Source of the DNA: a bacterium
GTDB lineage: Bacteria; CAYTYR01; UBA6262
Assembly: GCA_028712895.1 (NCBI GenBank)
Contig: JAQTPL010000006.1
Coordinates: forward strand, 239-64,238
Direction: 5' to 3'
Length of the DNA: 64,000 nt
Every line of letters starts with the position of its first letter. The stretch's first letter is position 1. Below the pieces are notes generated by a model. The model saw only the letters and a list, made by a program, of their open reading frames with translations. It did no database searches and was not told where the DNA came from. Made by a program: the position numbers and the translations under genes. Of this stretch, positions 1 to 8,381 are shown piece after piece.

Positions 1-1320
1 TTGCACATAGTAAACCGGGTTGTCTGAGCTGTGTTTCTTAGCCAACTCCAAGTCAAAATCAAGCGCACTGTCCGGACTGCGCATTAAGAAAAAGAACCGG
101 CAAGCATCCTTGCCTACTTCATCTAGGACCTGCCGTAAAGTGACAAATTCCCCGGCCCGGGTAGACATGGGAACTGTCTCTTTCCCTCTTTTAAGGCTGA
201 CCAGCTGATAGAGGATTATTTTCAGCTTTTCCTTGTAACCAAGCATTGAGGCCACTGCCTCCATCCTGGGCACATACCCATGATGGTCTGCTCCCCAGAT
301 GTTGATCACCTGGTTAAGAGGCGGCTTTCTTTCAAATTTATTGATTAGATAGGCAATATCACTGGCAAAATAGGTCGGCCTGCCGTCTGCCCGGAAGATC
401 ACCCGGTCCTTATCATCGCCAAAATCAGTGGTTTTAACAAAAACCGCGCTGTCTTCCTCATATGTTTTAGCGGGATATTCATGGTTTAGCTTATCTAATA
501 ATTCTTTTTTTAGGTCCTTACCTTCATATAAAGTATTTTCAAAGAACCAAGTATCGAAAACTACGCCAAAATCTTCCAAATCCTTTTTTATCCATTCTAA
601 AATTGTATTAATTGCGTATTCACGAAAAGCATTTTCATCTGCCATCTGCCGTCCCTGCCCGCCAACGCTTGCTGGGAGGGCGCCAGCTGCTATCTGTTCG
701 GCTATTTCCTTGATATAATCGCCTTTATACCCGTCTTCAGGGATTTCCTTATCTTCATAACGGGCCTGGACTGATTTGCCCAGGATATTCATTTGGTTGC
801 CGATATTATTGACATAGTACTCTTTTTGGACTTGATAACCAAGTGCGTTAAAGATCCTGGCTAAGGTATCTCCGGTGGCAGCGCCCCGTCCATGGCCGAC
901 ATGCAAGGGCCCGGTCGGATTGGCGCTGACAAATTCGATCTGGATATGCTTGCCTTTGCCGGCAGAGGTTTGGCCATACTTACCGTGCGGGGCCAGGATT
1001 TCACTTAATTCTTTATAAACTCTCTCTTTGGCCACAAAAAAGTTTATGAATCCATTACCCGCGACTTCCACTTTTTCCAATAAGTTTTTATCTTGGGGAA
1101 GTTTATCAACGATTAGCTTGGCCAACTCCCGCGGTGATTTTTCATAAAAAGCAGCGCCATAGAAAGCAATATTAGAAGCATAATCGCCAAATTTTTCATT
1201 ACCGGGCAAGGTTAAGAAGAATTTGTCACTTGACCAATTGAATGTTTTATCCTTAAAATCCGCCGCCGCGGCTTTTACCGCTGTTTCCAGCAGGTTTATT
1301 ATCTCATTATAAATAGTCAC
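1..1320 (-). CDS. argS: Arginyl-tRNA synthetase, 3' end cut by window edge (first 440 codons present)
   Basis: Not in ORF track because it runs off the window. My minus-strand translation from GTG at 1320 reads VTIYNEIINLLETAV...FVSANPTGPLHVGHGRGAATGD (class I HIGH-type motif)...WGADHHGYVPR...MSTRAGEFVTL (KMSKS-equivalent)...NPVYYVQ at nt 1. It starts directly after the rsfS stop. Confidence 0.9.
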   Translation of the reverse strand, partial: MTIYNEIINLLETAVKAAAADFKDKTFNWSSDKFFLTLPGNEKFGDYASNIAFYGAAFYEKSPRELAKLIVDKLPQDKNLLEKVEVAGNGFINFFVAKERVYKELSEILAPHGKYGQTSAGKGKHIQIEFVSANPTGPLHVGHGRGAATGDTLARIFNALGYQVQKEYYVNNIGNQMNILGKSVQARYEDKEIPEDGYKGDYIKEIAEQIAAGALPASVGGQGRQMADENAFREYAINTILEWIKKDLEDFGVVFDTWFFENTLYEGKDLKKELLDKLNHEYPAKTYEEDSAVFVKTTDFGDDKDRVIFRADGRPTYFASDIAYLINKFERKPPLNQVINIWGADHHGYVPRMEAVASMLGYKEKLKIILYQLVSLKRGKETVPMSTRAGEFVTLRQVLDEVGKDACRFFFLMRSPDSALDFDLELAKKHSSDNPVYYVQ

Positions 1321-1665
1321 TTACATCTCCCATTTCACTTTGACTGCTTTACTCCACAATCTTTCCAGGTTATAGAATTCCCTGGCTTCTTTGATAAATA
1401 TATGCACCAGGACACCGGAAAAATCCAGCAATAACCACCGTTTAGACATCTGCTGCTGGCGATTACGCAGAGCTATCCCTTGGTCAATCAAACTATCGGC
1501 TATAGCTTCCCGCACAGCCTGGGCTTGCGGTTGTGAATTGACTGTCACAATTACAAAATAATCAGTAATAGGCGTTAATTTTCTGACATCTAAAACAACA
1601 ATATTCTCGCTCTTTTTGGCACTGGCTGCTTCCGCCGCCATAATTGCCGGTTTTTTATAGAGCAA
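1321..1665 (-). CDS. rsfS: Ribosomal silencing factor RsfS (iojap family)
   Basis: ORF track 114 aa. VVLDVRKLTPITDYFVIVT...WLLLDFSGVLVHIF..AREFYNLERLW matches the RsfS pattern. Lies in the usual nadD-rsfS neighbourhood. Confidence 0.9.
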   Translation of the reverse strand: MLYKKPAIMAAEAASAKKSENIVVLDVRKLTPITDYFVIVTVNSQPQAQAVREAIADSLIDQGIALRNRQQQMSKRWLLLDFSGVLVHIFIKEAREFYNLERLWSKAVKVKWEM

Positions 1666-2830
1666 TCTTTTGTCTCCAGTCTTCTCCGATAATGATCACT
1701 GCCTGGGTTAGGGAACTATCGCTCAGGCTGGTCTCGATCTCATCGCAATGAAGTATTTTACCCAGGTAATGGGCTGAGTCTATGTTACCGGTACGGTCAA
1801 TGATCTTAGTGTGAGGTAAAATCCGTTCAAAATTGCCCCACGTCAATACATCTACGCCTTTTTGGCGCAGATATTTAGTGACTTCCTCTACTGCCTCGCG
1901 ATTGCGGGTAGCATTCCATATCTCTACCCGGATATTAGCAGCGGCGTTATCATTGGCAACCGGATCTTCCCGCAGCAGCTGGGTAACTTTTTCCAGTCGT
2001 ATCTTGTCAATTTCCCAAACCCAAGCGCCTCTTACTGACACCGGCTTTCCCGGTAATTGCTGCTGCCGGAAATTCTGGGTGTTCAGTTTCCTTAACTCAA
2101 AAATTAAAGTTACGAGGTCATATAAACCAAGATCGGTATGTAAAGCATTCATACTGGTCCAGGCTAATTGCGGCATCCTGAAAATGATCGCCGGTGATTT
2201 TATTTTAGCGGCCAGAGCCCTGATAAAACTACGGTTGCGCTGCATACGTCCGATATCTCCCTGGAGATCTTTGCGGAAACGCAAATATTCCAGGCTTTGT
2301 TTACCATTCAAGGTCTGCCGGCCTGGTTTAAAATGGATATGCAGGTTGCCCCAATTGTCATCGTAATCCATTTTTTCGGTAATATCGAGCGTAACACCGC
2401 CCAAAGCGTCAACTATGCTGATCAGGTCATTAAAATCAAGCTGGATATAATAAGGGATTTCCAAGCCCAGCAAATTTTGGGTCACTTCCTTGGTCAGGGC
2501 TATGCCTTCCCCTATCCCGCCTTTTTTAAAGCCGTAAGCGAAAAATTCATTGATCCGCAGCAGCTTGTATTTTGGCACCCGAACCCGGGAATCGCGCGGG
2601 ATGGAAAGAATATCAGCCAAACGCTGGCGGGGATAAAAACTGACGAACATCAGGACATCGGCCCGCTTACTGTTCTCTGTCTCATCGCAGCCGATCAAAA
2701 GCAAGTTGATCCGCTCGCCTTTTTGTACTGCACGGTTGACCGGGCTATAAAAGGACAATCCGATCATGATGATAAGCAAACCCAGGGATATACCCAGGAA
2801 GACTTTGGTTATTGCTGGTTTATTTTCCAT
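1655..2830 (-). CDS. LytR/CpsA/Psr (LCP) family cell-envelope phosphotransferase with LytR_C-type C-terminal domain
   Basis: ORF track 1655..2884. LLIGCDETENSKRADVLMFVSFYP..ILSIPRDSRV is the LCP core pattern; the C-terminus IRVEIWNATRNREAVEEV...IIIGEDW is LytR_C-like. I prefer ATG 2830 (MENKPAITKVF + TM helix) because AAGGGA precedes it; ATG 2884 remains possible. Confidence 0.8.
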   Translation of the reverse strand: MENKPAITKVFLGISLGLLIIMIGLSFYSPVNRAVQKGERINLLLIGCDETENSKRADVLMFVSFYPRQRLADILSIPRDSRVRVPKYKLLRINEFFAYGFKKGGIGEGIALTKEVTQNLLGLEIPYYIQLDFNDLISIVDALGGVTLDITEKMDYDDNWGNLHIHFKPGRQTLNGKQSLEYLRFRKDLQGDIGRMQRNRSFIRALAAKIKSPAIIFRMPQLAWTSMNALHTDLGLYDLVTLIFELRKLNTQNFRQQQLPGKPVSVRGAWVWEIDKIRLEKVTQLLREDPVANDNAAANIRVEIWNATRNREAVEEVTKYLRQKGVDVLTWGNFERILPHTKIIDRTGNIDSAHYLGKILHCDEIETSLSDSSLTQAVIIIGEDWRQKIAL

Positions 2831-2889
2831 TATTCCCTTAAATGCGATTACCCGCCATCGCCAAGGCTTCGGCGGGCGCGGCACAGATT

Positions 2890-3471
2890 TTATTCGTATA
2901 ACTTATGCTTTTTTATATATGCGTACACTACTTTGGGAACAAGCTTACTGATACTTTTATTTTTGGCAATTTTTTGCCTGATAGCGGTTGCGGCAATAGG
3001 AATCCCGGTAATGCGCAATACGGCCACTTGCGCTGCCACCGGCTCCTGCGGTAACACTATTTGATAGCCTGGCCGGTTAATGACAATAAAGCGGCATATT
3101 CGCAGTAATTCCCGCCACCGGCGCCAGGTGCGGATCTCACCAAAAGCATCTGCTCCGATAATAAAAAAGAACTCCGCCCGGCGGCCAAGTTTTCTTTTTA
3201 AATGCCATACAGTTTCTATGCTATAGCTGGGAGATCTTTTGTTAGTTTCATACGCGCTTACGGTGAATTTCTTTTTATGCCGCAGGGACAGTTTAACCAT
3301 GGCCAGCCGGTCTTTGGCTGTAGCCTGGCTTTGCGCTTTATGGGGCAAAATCCCGGCGGGAATGAAGATGATCTTATCCAATCCCAGTTTTTGCCGCACT
3401 ATCCCGGCTATTTTAAGGTGACCGTTATGGATAGGATCAAAAGTTCCGCCGAATAAACCAATCTTTGTCAT
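2890..3471 (-). CDS. nadD: Nicotinate-nucleotide adenylyltransferase
   Basis: 193 aa. N-terminal GLFGGTFDPIHNGHL (HxGH nucleotidyltransferase motif); size and synteny with rsfS fit. Confidence 0.9.
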   Translation of the reverse strand: MTKIGLFGGTFDPIHNGHLKIAGIVRQKLGLDKIIFIPAGILPHKAQSQATAKDRLAMVKLSLRHKKKFTVSAYETNKRSPSYSIETVWHLKRKLGRRAEFFFIIGADAFGEIRTWRRWRELLRICRFIVINRPGYQIVLPQEPVAAQVAVLRITGIPIAATAIRQKIAKNKSISKLVPKVVYAYIKKHKLYE

Positions 3472-3485
3472 GAAAAACCTTAACT

Positions 3486-3566
3486 AAGCTCATAGCTCGA
3501 TGCTCGTAGCTCTTAGGATAGGTTAGAAGCATTTACTATGAGCTATGAGCTACCAGCCAAGAGCTT
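3486..3566. repeat. Intercistronic heptad-word hairpin, AGCTC family (copy 1)
   Basis: Arm 3486-3516 (AAGCTCA TAGCTCG ATGCTCG TAGCTCT TAG) and arm 3536-3566 are reverse-complementary in register: 24 Watson-Crick + 1 G.U of 31 positions by hand alignment, with a 19-nt loop. It fills the proA-stop to nadD-start spacer. Confidence 0.75.
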
Positions 3567-3568
3567 TC

Positions 3569-4825
3569 TTATTTCCGTGTTTGTCCGTTGCCGTAAATCA
3601 TATATTTATACGAACAAAGTTCATTCAGGCCCATCGGCCCGCGGGCGTGCATTTTTTGGGTAGAGATGCCGATCTCCGCTCCCATGCCGAATTCACCGCC
3701 GTCCGTGAACCGGGTAGAAGCATTCCAGTAAACCGCGGCTGAATCGACGGCGCGCATGAACTCATCGGCCCGTTTTTTATTCTTTGTTACGATAGTTTCA
3801 GAATGGTGCGATCCGAACTTATTAATGTGCGCCACTGCTTCTTCCGCTGTATCCACTATTTTGACGGAGAGGATAAGGTCAAGATATTCTTCTGACCAGT
3901 CTTCTTCCGCAGCCAGCTTGATGCCCTTCAAGATCGCCAGGGTTTTTTCATCACCGCGCAATTCTACTTTGGCTGCCGTAAAACGGGCGGCCATTTGCGG
4001 CAAAAATTCCAAAGCTATCCCATTATGCACCAGCAGGGTTTCCATGGCGTTGCATACTCCCGGCCGCTGCACCTTGGCATTAAAACAGATCTCTTCCGCC
4101 ATCTTCAGGTCAGCGTCAATGTCAACGTAGGTATGGCATACTCCCTTACCATGGGAAATAACAGGTATAGTAGAATGCTCTTTAATAAACTGGATCAATT
4201 CTTCCCCGCCGCGCGGGATGATCACATCAACGAATTTATCCAGCTTGACCATATCCAGGACTGCCTGGCGATCCGTGGTCTCAATAAACTGGATCGCTCC
4301 TTCCGGGATACCGGTAGCATAGGCTGCGGCAGCTATAGTTTTCGCCAGGATATGATTGGAATTGACTGCTTCCGAGCCGCCGCGCAAGATCACTGCGTTC
4401 CCGCTCTTTAGGCACAATCCTGCAGTATCAACTGTCACATTCGGCCGCGATTCATAAATAATGCCGATCACTCCCAGCGGAACACGCACTTTATTGATCT
4501 TCAAACCATTGGGACGCTCCACAGATAAAAGCACTTCCCCAACCGGGTCCTTTAAACCAGCCATCTCCTGCAATCCTTTGATCATGGCGGCTATCCGGGC
4601 CTCGGTAAGCGAAAGCCGGTCGATAAGAGCGGCGCTTAAGCCTGCTTCTTTGGCTGCTTCAACATCTATTTCATTCTTGAATAAAATATCGTCTTTGCCG
4701 GCTTGGAGCGCATCAGCCATAGCTAATAAAGCTTTATTTTTTATCTCTGTGGAGATATTAGCTAAAGCATAAGCAGCTCTTTTCGCGGCAGCCGCCCGTC
4801 TGATAATTTCCTCTTTTAGTTCCAT
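3569..4825 (-). CDS. proA: Gamma-glutamyl phosphate reductase
   Basis: 418 aa. ALDH-fold protein with ESRPNVTVD, IIPRGG, VISHGKGVCH and NASTRFTDGGEFG stretches typical of ProA. Confidence 0.93.
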   Translation of the reverse strand: MELKEEIIRRAAAAKRAAYALANISTEIKNKALLAMADALQAGKDDILFKNEIDVEAAKEAGLSAALIDRLSLTEARIAAMIKGLQEMAGLKDPVGEVLLSVERPNGLKINKVRVPLGVIGIIYESRPNVTVDTAGLCLKSGNAVILRGGSEAVNSNHILAKTIAAAAYATGIPEGAIQFIETTDRQAVLDMVKLDKFVDVIIPRGGEELIQFIKEHSTIPVISHGKGVCHTYVDIDADLKMAEEICFNAKVQRPGVCNAMETLLVHNGIALEFLPQMAARFTAAKVELRGDEKTLAILKGIKLAAEEDWSEEYLDLILSVKIVDTAEEAVAHINKFGSHHSETIVTKNKKRADEFMRAVDSAAVYWNASTRFTDGGEFGMGAEIGISTQKMHARGPMGLNELCSYKYMIYGNGQTRK

Positions 4826-4834
4826 AATGCACCT

Positions 4835-4896
4835 CTGAATTACGAATAACTCGAATGATAGCGAATAAATGCCGAATAGACTACGCGCATGATTCG
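4835..4896. repeat. Helically phased CGAAT word array plus one inverted copy in the proA/MFS divergent spacer
   Basis: CGAAT at 4843, 4852, 4862 and 4873 (spacing 9/10/11 nt), within aCGAATAa / tCGAATGa / gCGAATAa / cCGAATAg. Inverted ATTCG at 4892-4896. Confidence 0.6.
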
Positions 4897-4947
4897 CCTC
4901 TGTTTGTTACTTTTACCACAAAAAAACAGTTATTTCAATGAAATTAA

Positions 4948-6123
4948 TTGCCAAAAACCCCTACTTTAAGCTATATTAATAACATGTTTAACATAATCAT
5001 GGTAGGTATTACCAGTTTACTGACCGACATTTCCACAGAAATGGTCTATCCGCTCCTGGCCATATTCTTAAGTACCACCTTAGGAGCCTCTACCTGGATC
5101 ATCGGCTTGATCGAAGGCATAGCGGAAAGTATCGCCAGCCTCTTAAAAGTGTTCAGCGGCTACCTTTCTGATAAGTCGCAGAAAAGAAAACCGCTGGCTA
5201 TACTGGGATATGGTTCTTCTACATTCGGCAAAATATTTCTCTATATCGCTACAAGCTGGTGGTGGGTCCTTTTATCGCGGGTCATCGACCGGTTCGGCAA
5301 GGGTATCCGCAATGCCCCCCGGGATGCCTTGATCGCTGATTCCAGCGCTAAAGAAAGAAGAGGCCGGGCATTTGGCCTGCACCGGATGATGGATACGATC
5401 GGGGCCGCAACCGGAGTGCTGATCGCCTATTATCTCCTGACTTCCCATGCCGGGTCTATAGATTACCGCAAAATATTCCTGATATCGCTGATCCCGGCAT
5501 TCCTGGGATTATTATTTCTTTTCTTGGTAAAGGAAAAGAAAGCTGCCCCCGCATCTGCTGCTAAAAAATTCTCTTTTAACTGGTCCGCTTTACCTCTGCG
5601 GTTAAAATTATTCCTGGTTGTGACCGTACTCTTTACCCTGGGGAATTCATCTAACCAGTTTTTACTGCTTAGGGCTAAAAACCTCGGCTATACCACAGAA
5701 AACGTGCTTTTACTCTACCTGGTTTATAATATCGTCTATGCCATGGTTTCTTATCCAGCCGGGCGGCTGTCTGATATTATCGGCAGGAAAAAACTGTTAG
5801 TTTGGGGTTATGTTTTTTACGGGGTAGTATATCTCGGGTTCGCTCTCACGAATGATCCGCGGTTACTATGGGGATTGTTCGGTTTATACGGAATCTATAT
5901 CGGCATGACTGAAGGCGTGGAAAAAGCCCTGGTTACAGATATTGCCCCGGAACACCTGCGGGCCACGATGATCGGTTTGCATGCCACACTGGTAGGTATC
6001 GGACTTTTCCCGGCGTCATTCCTGGCCGGCATCCTCTGGAACCAATTCGGGCCGGCAGCCACCTTCTACTTCGGCGGCATTACCGGCCTGTTAGCTGCGG
6101 TAGGCTTGCTGCTTGTGCTTTAG
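4948..6123 (+). CDS. MFS-family transporter
   Basis: 391 aa, hydrophobic throughout with many TM-length segments. DRFGKGIRNAPRDALIAD loop motif is typical of MFS. Start is uncertain (TTG 4948 vs ATG 4984); no clear SD at either. Confidence 0.75.
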   Translation: MPKTPTLSYINNMFNIIMVGITSLLTDISTEMVYPLLAIFLSTTLGASTWIIGLIEGIAESIASLLKVFSGYLSDKSQKRKPLAILGYGSSTFGKIFLYIATSWWWVLLSRVIDRFGKGIRNAPRDALIADSSAKERRGRAFGLHRMMDTIGAATGVLIAYYLLTSHAGSIDYRKIFLISLIPAFLGLLFLFLVKEKKAAPASAAKKFSFNWSALPLRLKLFLVVTVLFTLGNSSNQFLLLRAKNLGYTTENVLLLYLVYNIVYAMVSYPAGRLSDIIGRKKLLVWGYVFYGVVYLGFALTNDPRLLWGLFGLYGIYIGMTEGVEKALVTDIAPEHLRATMIGLHATLVGIGLFPASFLAGILWNQFGPAATFYFGGITGLLAAVGLLLVL

Positions 6124-6157
6124 ATTTATAATAAATATTATATTACAATGTAATAGA

Positions 6158-6688
6158 TTATTCTTTGGTCGGATCAGCCGCAACTTTAAAACGTATATAA
6201 GTTTTGCATTTTACCAATTTACCTTCTGAATTTTCTTGTGACACTATGAGTTCTGTATTAACAAGCCATCCATACCCATTTGGACTTGTAAAGCTATAAG
6301 GAGCAATATATAGAACCTCTTTACCCGTATTTGGCATGACATTCCCAATTTTTACACTCCAGCTAGGATTAAATTTACCGCCAGTTTCACCAATATCATT
6401 TCCATCATTATCATAAGCGTGTGGAATTGCTTTAATTTTTACTCGTTCTCCTGGGCCAATTTCAATATACTGTTTACCAGTTTCAGCATTTAATATTTCT
6501 ATATCATCAAGTAATGGATTCTGCTTTTCTTGCTGTTCTTTAGCTTTTTGAAGTTCTTCTGCTTTCTGATTCTCTTGCTGTTCTATAACTTTTTGAAGTT
6601 CTTCAATTTTCAGTTTATCTTGAACTCTACTTGTAGCACACCCACATATCAGAAAGACTAAAGAACAATAAATAAAACTTTTTTTCAT
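6158..6688 (-). CDS. Predicted lipoprotein with Q/E/K coiled-coil repeat and beta-rich C-terminal domain
   Basis: ORF track 6158..6739. I place the start at ATG 6688 (MKKSFIYCSLVFLICGC, lipobox-like L-I-C-G-C), preceded by GGAGGA at 6693-6698. Repeat ELQKVIEQQENQKAEELQKAKEQQEKQ. No family recognised. Confidence 0.6.
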   Translation of the reverse strand: MKKSFIYCSLVFLICGCATSRVQDKLKIEELQKVIEQQENQKAEELQKAKEQQEKQNPLLDDIEILNAETGKQYIEIGPGERVKIKAIPHAYDNDGNDIGETGGKFNPSWSVKIGNVMPNTGKEVLYIAPYSFTSPNGYGWLVNTELIVSQENSEGKLVKCKTYIRFKVAADPTKE

Positions 6689-6735
6689 AAATCCTCCTGC
6701 ATTTATAATAATATTATCCCAAATAACCAGGTATC

Positions 6736-7098
6736 TCAAAATTTATAAACTACGCCTAATAGAGAGGCTTCTTTTTTTAACTTTACATCTAATGTCCATA
6801 AAGAGACTTCGCTTAACAAAGCAGAAGCCAACAGATACATATCAATAAGTCCGAGTCCCTTACCCATTAAATTATTCTTTTCAATAAACAACAATGTTTC
6901 TTCGTCATCTATATGTTCAACAGTGGGCAGAGTGCTAAGTAATGACAATATTTCCTTCCTATTCCTAATATTGCCACAGGCGAGCTCTCCAATGATAAAA
7001 GAGTGGCAGGCTATCTCGCCATCGTTTAAGAGCTGTTCCAGCCTGGCATTGCCATGACGCAAGTGAGCTATCCATATTGATGTGTCAGCAAGGATCAT
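6736..7098 (-). CDS. vapC: PIN-domain toxin VapC
   Basis: 120 aa. MILADTSIWI (first acidic PIN residue context), later IGELACG and LIDMYLLA. The start overlaps the vapB stop in ATGA. Confidence 0.85.
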   Translation of the reverse strand: MILADTSIWIAHLRHGNARLEQLLNDGEIACHSFIIGELACGNIRNRKEILSLLSTLPTVEHIDDEETLLFIEKNNLMGKGLGLIDMYLLASALLSEVSLWTLDVKLKKEASLLGVVYKF

Positions 7099-7289
7099 GA
7101 TTGAGTTCTCCGGCGAGGAATATTATGTATGTTTTTCTCAGTCCCTCCTAATTTAGCCAGTCTTTTACTGCTTTCTCTGGCTATTAAGGCTTCTAAACCT
7201 AATCTGACTAAAGTAGTCTTTTCCTTGATCCCGGTGAGAATTGATACTTTTCTGATCAACTCATCATTAATATTTAATGTTGTTCTCAT
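7095..7289 (-). CDS. vapB: Type II antitoxin VapB (DUF2191-like)
   Basis: MRTTLNINDELIRKVSILTGIKEKTTLVRLGLEALI is the typical VapB-type N-terminus. ATG 7289 chosen (GGGG SD-like at 7297-7300); the ORF track extends to 7331. Confidence 0.75.
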   Translation of the reverse strand: MRTTLNINDELIRKVSILTGIKEKTTLVRLGLEALIARESSKRLAKLGGTEKNIHNIPRRRTQS

Positions 7290-7322
7290 ATCATAACCCC
7301 TTTCATATAAAATATATGTATT

Positions 7323-7351
7323 ATTATGCATTAATTATGCATACATGTCAA
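7323..7351 (-). promoter_or_regulatory. Candidate sigma70 promoter of vapBC with AT-rich near-palindrome in the spacer
   Basis: Minus strand TTGACA (7351-7346), 17-nt spacer, CATAAT (7328-7323). The spacer contains ATGCATAATTAATGCAT-like dyad symmetry, a possible VapB operator. Confidence 0.5.
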
Positions 7352-7372
7352 GTCTTTTTGTTATCCATAATT

Positions 7373-7414
7373 AAAAAACAAAGAAGGGATAACAGGTTTC
7401 TGCCATCCCTTCTT
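7373..7414 (-). terminator. Rho-independent terminator after ppiC (end of the ECF/MacAB array)
   Basis: 10-bp stem AAGAAGGGAT (7381-7390) / ATCCCTTCTT (7405-7414) with a 14-nt loop. On the minus strand it is followed by UGUUUUUU (7373-7380). Confidence 0.65.
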
Positions 7415-7437
7415 TTAAACTTATTAGTACTATACCG

Positions 7438-7722
7438 CTATTCTGTCCTGCTGGTTATTTCTATTAAATGGTATCCGAACTGGGTTTTGACCGGTCCGAG
7501 CACTTTTTTGATTTCACCACTAAAAACAACAGTATCAAATTCTTTCACCATCTGGCCCGGGGTAAATTCGCCCAAATCCCCTCCCTGCTTCCCGGATGGG
7601 CAGGTTGAAAATTGTTTAGCCACCTCAGCAAAATCAGCTCCGGCAATAATCTTGCTTTTTAATTCTTCACATTGTTCTTTGGTCTTGACCAAGATGTGTC
7701 TTGCTGCTGCTTTTTTCATCAT
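7438..7722 (-). CDS. ppiC: Parvulin-type peptidyl-prolyl cis-trans isomerase
   Basis: 94 aa. ARHILVKTKEQ...GADFAEVAKQFSTCPSGKQGGDLGEFTPGQMVKEFD...TQFGYHLIE is collinear with E. coli PpiC as I remember it. Confidence 0.88.
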   Translation of the reverse strand: MMKKAAARHILVKTKEQCEELKSKIIAGADFAEVAKQFSTCPSGKQGGDLGEFTPGQMVKEFDTVVFSGEIKKVLGPVKTQFGYHLIEITSRTE

Positions 7723-7754
7723 ACTCCTCCTGAGTTATATTGTATATATGCTTA

Positions 7755-8360
7755 TTAAAAAGATCCGCCTGGACGGCCCATCCCTCCACCCATGCCGCCT
7801 CTCATACCACCCATACCTTCCATACCTTGCCGTCCGCCGCCTTCACGGTTACCCATCTGTTCTCTCATCGCTTCCCTCATGGCCAGTTCTTTCTTCTTTA
7901 AATAGTTAAATAATATGTCCCTTTGTTTTTCTGATAATAACATACGCAGTTTTGCCTTTACCGACATTCTTATTTTGTATTGCTTACCCCACAGTTCGCT
8001 GATCTGGTCGATAAGGGAAGCGACGGCAGCCAGGTCAGGCTGTACAAACTGCCCGTTGACTTTCACCAAGTTCTTGATCGGTATTTTGCTTCTTAAGGTG
8101 CTTTCTTTAGAGGCAATCTCTTCTCCCATGGCCACTGCTTTGGCAATATCGAAGGATAAAGCCTTGAATTCCCCGTTTTGTTGCTCGTTCATTTCCAATT
8201 CCTTGATCAATTTAGCGTCTTTAGCCCACTCAAAATTTAATCCATAATCAGACCACTCTAAATCTTGCCTGGCCATGGATGGCGGCCGTTCAGCCGCAAA
8301 GCACTGAAGAGCACTCAATAAAAAAATAATGCCTAATAACAGCTTACTTTTGCTGAACAT
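7755..8360 (-). CDS. Secreted protein with LSxxQ helix and Gly/Met-rich C-terminal tail
   Basis: 201 aa. Signal peptide MFSKSKLLLGIIFLLSALQCFAA; C-terminus GNREGGGRQGMEGMGGMRGGMGGGMGRPGGSF. No family recognised. Confidence 0.6.
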   Translation of the reverse strand: MFSKSKLLLGIIFLLSALQCFAAERPPSMARQDLEWSDYGLNFEWAKDAKLIKELEMNEQQNGEFKALSFDIAKAVAMGEEIASKESTLRSKIPIKNLVKVNGQFVQPDLAAVASLIDQISELWGKQYKIRMSVKAKLRMLLSEKQRDILFNYLKKKELAMREAMREQMGNREGGGRQGMEGMGGMRGGMGGGMGRPGGSF

Positions 8361-8381
8361 GTGTTTCTCCTTGGGATTATA

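Noticed and set aside
2297-3064. 255-aa plus-strand ORF
   Set aside because: It is entirely antisense to the well-supported LCP and nadD genes. It has no SD, and its composition is low-complexity and hydrophobic, typical of a shadow frame.
7277-7909. 210-aa plus-strand ORF spanning the vapB promoter, ppiC and the Gly/Met protein gene
   Set aside because: It crosses a terminator and two convincing minus-strand genes. There are no translation signals.
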